32,000 bases of DNA from Candidatus Iainarchaeum sp. (GTDB taxonomy: Archaea > Iainarchaeota > Iainarchaeia > Iainarchaeales > CSSED10-239). The notes below the pieces were generated by a model, which made no database searches, had not been told where the DNA came from, and saw nothing but the letters and a program-made list of their open reading frames with translations. A program made the translations under genes and the position numbers. Of the stretch, positions 27,437-32,000 are shown piece after piece. Every line of letters starts with the position of its first letter. The first letter of the stretch is position 1. The stretch lies in assembly GCA_028700115.1 (NCBI GenBank), contig JAQVTI010000001.1, positions 161,139 to 193,138 on the forward strand. The letters run 5' to 3'.

Positions 27437-27446
27437 ATTTTCTTTT

Positions 27447-28754
27447 TCAAATTTTCTTTTTCAAATTTTCTTTTGCAATTTTTAAAATTAACTTACGAAT
27501 AATTTTTTTATATAATTTACAATTATCCAAATCTAATTGATAAATATTCAAATCTTTCCCTTTGGTTTTATTAACAATACATCCTCCGCCACATAAAGTT
27601 AAACCAATACAATTCCAACAATTTAAAATATTAAAAGTAGATCTTTTATTCCATGTATCCCAAATATAATCTTTAGTAAAATCATATTTCAAAGAAATAT
27701 CATTTAAATTTTTTTCAAAATAAGTTTTATGCTTCCAATCATAACCGTGACAGATACCAATTTTACCACTAGGTAGTACAACTAATTGATTGCCCATACC
27801 CGCACAATCTTTAACATAAAATCTTTTAAATACAATAGCTAAAAAACGCCTATAATAAATTCTATCTTCCAAAATATTTTTTTTAGTCAATATATTAATC
27901 ACATCAAACAAATCATCAATAAACTTATCATCAAAAACCATTTTTTGTTTGTGTAATAAATTAAAACTAAAAGACATTTTAGTATCTAAATTTTTTACAA
28001 AATGTTTAATATCCCTAATATTATCTTTAGTTAAAGTATAAGAAACAGACACGGGTATTTTTTTAGAAATTAATAAATCAAATCCTTTTTTAATTTCTAA
28101 ATACATATTTTTATTATTATGATTAACTCTATTAGAATTAGTTTTAGAACTAAATCCATCTATAGAGATTCCTACAGACACATTATATTTTTTAAATAAA
28201 TTTACATATTTTAAATCTAATTTAACCCCGTTAGTTACTATTATTATATTCGCATTTTTTTTGAAAATAGAATATATTTTTTCTAAAGTAAATTTAACTA
28301 AATTATAATCTAATAATGGTTCTCCACCATATAAAATAATTTTCTTTTTTAATTTACTTTTTTGATTTTTGTAAAGCTTCAAAGCTTTAATAATATGTTC
28401 TTTTTTAATTGAAATATTATCAAAATAATCTTTTACAAAACAATATTTACAATTTAAATTACATTTAGAATGCAACAGTAAATACATAACATGTATTCCA
28501 TAATCTTTTTGAGATAAGATTATTTTACTTTTTTTATAAAAATAATCTAAAAAATTAGTATTTTGATCAACTAAAAAGTCTAATTCAATTAAATCAACAT
28601 CAATATCTATAGAACTAGATAAAACTCCTTTTTTATAAATTTTTAAAAGTTTAGTTAATAAAATATAAATTTCTTGAGAAAATGGATTATATAAAACTGT
28701 ATATTTATCATCCAATTTGATTAATTTTACAAATGGATTTAAAATATATATCAT
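27447..28754 (-). CDS. Radical SAM / SPASM peptide maturase with an N-terminal PqqD-like RRE-type region
   Basis: CNLNCKYCF. GGEPLL. The C-terminus is CAGMGNQLVVLPSGKIGIC ... CWNCIGLTLCGGGC ... NC. The N-terminal VKLIKLDDKYTVLYNPFSQEIYILLTKLLKIYKKG looks like a PqqD/RRE leader-binding motif. The track ORF starts at a TTG at 28772. I prefer the ATG at 28754. Confidence 0.85.
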   Translation of the reverse strand: MIYILNPFVKLIKLDDKYTVLYNPFSQEIYILLTKLLKIYKKGVLSSSIDIDVDLIELDFLVDQNTNFLDYFYKKSKIILSQKDYGIHVMYLLLHSKCNLNCKYCFVKDYFDNISIKKEHIIKALKLYKNQKSKLKKKIILYGGEPLLDYNLVKFTLEKIYSIFKKNANIIIVTNGVKLDLKYVNLFKKYNVSVGISIDGFSSKTNSNRVNHNNKNMYLEIKKGFDLLISKKIPVSVSYTLTKDNIRDIKHFVKNLDTKMSFSFNLLHKQKMVFDDKFIDDLFDVINILTKKNILEDRIYYRRFLAIVFKRFYVKDCAGMGNQLVVLPSGKIGICHGYDWKHKTYFEKNLNDISLKYDFTKDYIWDTWNKRSTFNILNCWNCIGLTLCGGGCIVNKTKGKDLNIYQLDLDNCKLYKKIIRKLILKIAKENLKKKI

Positions 28755-28762
28755 ATAAATAC

Positions 28763-28906
28763 CTAATAACAACTGCTACAAGGACAATCAGAGCCACACC
28801 CACAATCACAATGACACACAGAACACATAATTTCATTTAATTTTTTTTCATTCATTTCTTTTTTATCTTGAAATGTATTAAAAATATCTCTTGAATCTAA
28901 TCTCAT
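28763..28906 (-). CDS. Candidate Cys-rich RiPP precursor peptide A (47 aa, not in ORF track)
   Basis: Translated codon by codon: MRLDSRDIFNTFQDKKEMNEKKLNEIMCSVCHCDCGCGSDCPCSSCY. There are 8 Cys in the last 20 residues. SD AGGTG lies 6 nt before the ATG, with a TTTATAT box further upstream. The stop is 8 nt before the radical SAM ATG. The core is a conspicuous GC-rich island (28765..28826). Confidence 0.6.
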   Translation of the reverse strand: MRLDSRDIFNTFQDKKEMNEKKLNEIMCSVCHCDCGCGSDCPCSSCY

Positions 28907-28953
28907 AGAAAACACCTAATTATATATAACTAAACAAATATAAATTTAACTAA

Positions 28954-28989
<36 letters not shown>

Positions 28990-28995
28990 TAAACC

Positions 28996-31347
28996 TTATT
29001 CTCCAGACATATTATTGTTGTTTGCAGAATAAACATGACATATATAAAGTAATAAGTCTTCTTGTGTTTCTTGATTGTAATCATCTGTAACTGTTAAACT
29101 AATATGTTTGTTTGTACAGATGTTCTCATAGTTTAAAGTTTGTGTTAAAAGAGATTTTGGATTTTGTAAAAAGTTTAAAGTGTTATTTGTTTGAGAAACA
29201 TTTGTTTTGTTTATAAAAATATTATTTAATATTTTATTTTGTGAGCTAAATGCTTGTGAAATGTTTTCAATAGTAAATTCACAATCATTACTTAAGATGT
29301 TTTGTGAATCATTATCTTTCCATTCACAACTATATTCACCTACATTGTTTTTTATAGTTGTTTCAAATGAAAGAGTATCTTCATATGTATGGTTAGATAA
29401 ATCTTTAGGAGAAACAATAGTTGCATCAAGTCCACTAAACTCTAAAGAGATAACATCTTCTGAAACTCTACCTTCTTCATCTTCACCTATTAATGTCATT
29501 GTATGCACACCAGGAAAAATACCTAGTTCTTGAGCAGTTGCAATAAAGTCACATTCATCACTTAAAGAAACAGGGTTATCTGTATCATTATCTAAAACCC
29601 AATCACAAGTTACTTGACCTGTTGGGTTTTCATGTTCTTCTATAAATAAAATATCTTCGTCTTGATCGTATTGTGTATTATTTATTGGAGAGTCTATTGT
29701 TACAATAAATTTTAATCTACTTTGTAGATACACAGGCATTGTGTGTTGTGAGACATCTAAGGCTTCAACTGCAACTTCTGTATCTACTAAACCGTTGTAA
29801 GTGTAAGAAGTATTATCGTAAGTTGCAGTACTATATAATCTTTGAACATTATCAAATCTACCAAAATGATCTTCAAATAAATCGTCTAATTCAATAGTAT
29901 ATAAAGATGTTTGAAAATAAGTTTCATTAGTTTGATCGTGTATCATATTTGCTTCAAAAACAATTCCTGGATGTGTATCGTTATCATCGTACATTATACC
30001 ATCTGGATCCCACATTATACTATTTGTTGGATATTGTTCTTCTATATATTCTTCATCTATATGATAAATTGTAACTCCGCCATGATAATTTGGTGTATTT
30101 GGATCTCTATACCAAAACATCCATTTATCTTGTGTACTTTCATCCATAAATCTATTTGCAACTAAAAAGTATTCTCGATCATACATTTTAGTTTCATCTT
30201 GTAAAACATATGCAATAGGAGTATCATCTAAAGTTGGCAGATTATAAAAACCAGCATCTTGTGAACCGATAATGGTTGGATTAATCCAACCAAAAAAAGT
30301 CTTTGACCAAACATCAAAATTTATTGGAAAATTAGGATTTCCATCAGTCTGAGACATCATAGATAAATTCCAAAGTCCCATTCCTAAATGTAAACCATTA
30401 TGATGTTCATATAAATCAGGAACTCCTAAAATATGTCCAAATTCATGAACTAAAGTATTTAATTCAAATCTACAATCTGTAGGATGACCATAATTTGAAT
30501 TATGACCTTCACAAACAAAATCATCAAGTTCAGAAGCAACAACATACATATTTCCTAAAAAAGTATCATCTCTATTATAACTAGAACCATTCATAATTCT
30601 AGTATGGTCTTTAAATTGATTTGTTGCTTCTCCAGATCTTATTAAAATAAGACCTTCCATTCTACCGTCATTATCAGCATCATATTGACTAAAATCAACT
30701 TCTGGATCAACAAGATCTAAAAGATCCATAAACATTTGAAATTGTGTTGAGTTATTTGTTTTGTAATATTCAAAAGTTTCTGGAAGTTCATACCAATCTT
30801 CATAAACATCAAATGTTAAATGTAAATTTCCATAAGACTCGTGTAGATAATAATCAGAAACACTAATTCCATTTTCATCAAGATAATTTGGATCATTATA
30901 AGCAGCATTAATATCTTCAAAAGTTATATCTTCTTTATGAAGTTGATCTGAAAACTCAACCATAAAAACAGGAATTGTAAAATTTCCTTCTGTAGGACAA
31001 GTTCCCCAGATATTTTCTACAGAAGTAAAATTATCTTTTGGTGAGATTGGAATTAAGTTTTTTGTATATTCTTTTACATCTGCTTTACTACAAATACCAG
31101 GAGGATAATAAACATCTCCAAAAGAAATACCACCACAATCATTTTGATTTAAATCAAAATTTGGATTGATTTGAGAAATGTTTGAAATATTATTATTTGC
31201 ACTAATTGTTATATTTGGATTTATATTAGTAGAAGGTTTATTTTGAGAAACATAGTTTAAAACATTTGTTGAAGAATAAGCATAAACATAGCTAAATGAA
31301 AATAAAAAACAAATGATAAATATAATATATATTATATTTTTATTCAT
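28996..31347 (-). CDS. Secreted M6 (immune inhibitor A-like) family zinc metalloprotease with C-terminal Ig/PKD-like repeats
   Basis: 783 aa. The signal peptide is MNKNIIYIIFIICFLFSFSYVYAYS. LVHEFGHILGVPDLYEH matches the M6 HExxHxxGxPDxY signature. There are two related C-terminal about 90-aa Cys-pair modules (C.W...D....LS..C.F). Confidence 0.7.
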   Translation of the reverse strand: MNKNIIYIIFIICFLFSFSYVYAYSSTNVLNYVSQNKPSTNINPNITISANNNISNISQINPNFDLNQNDCGGISFGDVYYPPGICSKADVKEYTKNLIPISPKDNFTSVENIWGTCPTEGNFTIPVFMVEFSDQLHKEDITFEDINAAYNDPNYLDENGISVSDYYLHESYGNLHLTFDVYEDWYELPETFEYYKTNNSTQFQMFMDLLDLVDPEVDFSQYDADNDGRMEGLILIRSGEATNQFKDHTRIMNGSSYNRDDTFLGNMYVVASELDDFVCEGHNSNYGHPTDCRFELNTLVHEFGHILGVPDLYEHHNGLHLGMGLWNLSMMSQTDGNPNFPINFDVWSKTFFGWINPTIIGSQDAGFYNLPTLDDTPIAYVLQDETKMYDREYFLVANRFMDESTQDKWMFWYRDPNTPNYHGGVTIYHIDEEYIEEQYPTNSIMWDPDGIMYDDNDTHPGIVFEANMIHDQTNETYFQTSLYTIELDDLFEDHFGRFDNVQRLYSTATYDNTSYTYNGLVDTEVAVEALDVSQHTMPVYLQSRLKFIVTIDSPINNTQYDQDEDILFIEEHENPTGQVTCDWVLDNDTDNPVSLSDECDFIATAQELGIFPGVHTMTLIGEDEEGRVSEDVISLEFSGLDATIVSPKDLSNHTYEDTLSFETTIKNNVGEYSCEWKDNDSQNILSNDCEFTIENISQAFSSQNKILNNIFINKTNVSQTNNTLNFLQNPKSLLTQTLNYENICTNKHISLTVTDDYNQETQEDLLLYICHVYSANNNNMSGE

Positions 31348-31352
31348 AAACC

Positions 31353-32000
31353 TTATTCTCCAGACATATTATTATTGTTTGCAGTATATTCATGACAAAT
31401 ATACAATAATAAATCTTTTTGTGTTTCTTGATTATAATCATCTATAACTGTTAAAGATATATTCTTATAATTACAGATGTTCTCATAGTTTAAAGTTTGT
31501 GTTAAAAGAGATTTTGGATTTTGTAAAAAGTTTAAAGTATTATTTGTTTGTCCAAGATTTAATTCATTTACAAAAATATTTTGTAAAACTTTATTTTGTG
31601 AGCTAAATGCTTGTGAAAGATTATTAAGTTCAAAATCACAATCATTACTTAAAATATTTTGGGAATCTTGATCTTTCCATTCACAACTATATTCACCTAC
31701 GTTGTTTTTTATAGTTGTTTCAAATAAAAGAGTATCTTCATATGTATGGTTAGATAGATTTTTAGGAGAAACAATAGTTGCGTCAAGTCCACTAAACTCT
31801 AAAGAGATAACATCTTCTGAAACTCTACCTTCTTCGTCTTCACCTATTAATGTCATTGTATGCACACCAGGATAAATACCTAGTTCTTGAGCAGTTGCAA
31901 TAAAGTCACATTCATCACTTAAAGAAACAGGGTTATCTGTATCATTATCTAAAACCCAATCACAAGTTACTTGACCTGTTGGGTTTTCATGTTCTTCTAT
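31353..32000 (-). CDS. 3' part of a second tandem M6-like metalloprotease paralog (partial, continues beyond the window)
   Basis: The frame stays open from 31353 to the window edge. The track shows only the part from an internal Met at 31865. The translation IEEHENPTGQVTCDWVLDNDTDNPVSLSDECDFIATAQELGIYPGVHTMTLIGEDEEGRV... is near-identical to residues about 568-783 of the 783-aa protein. Confidence 0.75.
   Translation of the reverse strand: MEEHENPTGQVTCDWVLDNDTDNPVSLSDECDFIATAQELGIYPGVHTMTLIGEDEEGRVSEDVISLEFSGLDATIVSPKNLSNHTYEDTLLFETTIKNNVGEYSCEWKDQDSQNILSNDCDFELNNLSQAFSSQNKVLQNIFVNELNLGQTNNTLNFLQNPKSLLTQTLNYENICNYKNISLTVIDDYNQETQKDLLLYICHEYTANNNNMSGE

Noticed and set aside
27437-27480. 14-bp tandem repeat (ttttctttttcaaa x about 3) at the rSAM stop and the next gene's start
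   Set aside because: The repeat is real, but it encodes the lysine-rich C-terminus (KENLKKKI) and lies in poly-purine AT-rich sequence. It is probably slippage-derived and there is no evidence of function.
29207-30165. Plus-strand ORFs 29207..29533 and 29911..30165
   Set aside because: They are antisense to the M6-like protease gene, which carries the HEFGH zinc motif and a signal peptide.

Overview
This is a very AT-rich, gene-dense window. My spot counts of single 60-nt lines give about 15-22% G+C in the accessory genes and about 38% in the S-layer gene. It looks archaeal, most likely a small-genome DPANN-type archaeon. The evidence is a class III (type IV pilin-like) signal peptide, an archaeal-type S-layer protein, EndoQ, RtcB and a FlaI/PilB-type ATPase. 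The taxon is inference only.

From 1 to 20.8 kb the window holds a type IV pilus/archaellum-type ATPase and two large surface proteins (an S-layer protein and a 959-aa pilin-signal BspA-like adhesin). These are interleaved with an accessory/defence mosaic: two AbiEi/AbiEii toxin-antitoxin pairs, two DUF4143-type AAA ATPases, and a decayed GNAT toxin whose small upstream partner gene is intact. Housekeeping EndoQ and RtcB follow. Two accessory cassettes are bracketed by direct repeats that duplicate the 3' end of the neighbouring gene (53 bp and about 283 bp).

The stand-out is 20.8-28.9 kb on the minus strand. It is a tightly packed cluster of four radical SAM/SPASM enzymes, a ComB-family phosphatase, a Zn-ribbon DPPY methyltransferase and a stand-alone PEP-utilising swivel (phosphohistidine) domain protein. 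It also holds two short ORFs that the ORF track misses and that look like RiPP precursor peptides. One is 47 aa with 8 Cys in its last 20 residues; the other is 41 aa and ends CLGTGWPINNC. Each has its own Shine-Dalgarno and ends 2-8 nt before a radical SAM gene.

The cluster is embedded in a tandem array of secreted M6-like metalloprotease genes, and copies of the inter-protease junction bracket part of it. I recognised no rRNA, tRNA, CRISPR array, transposase or integrase.
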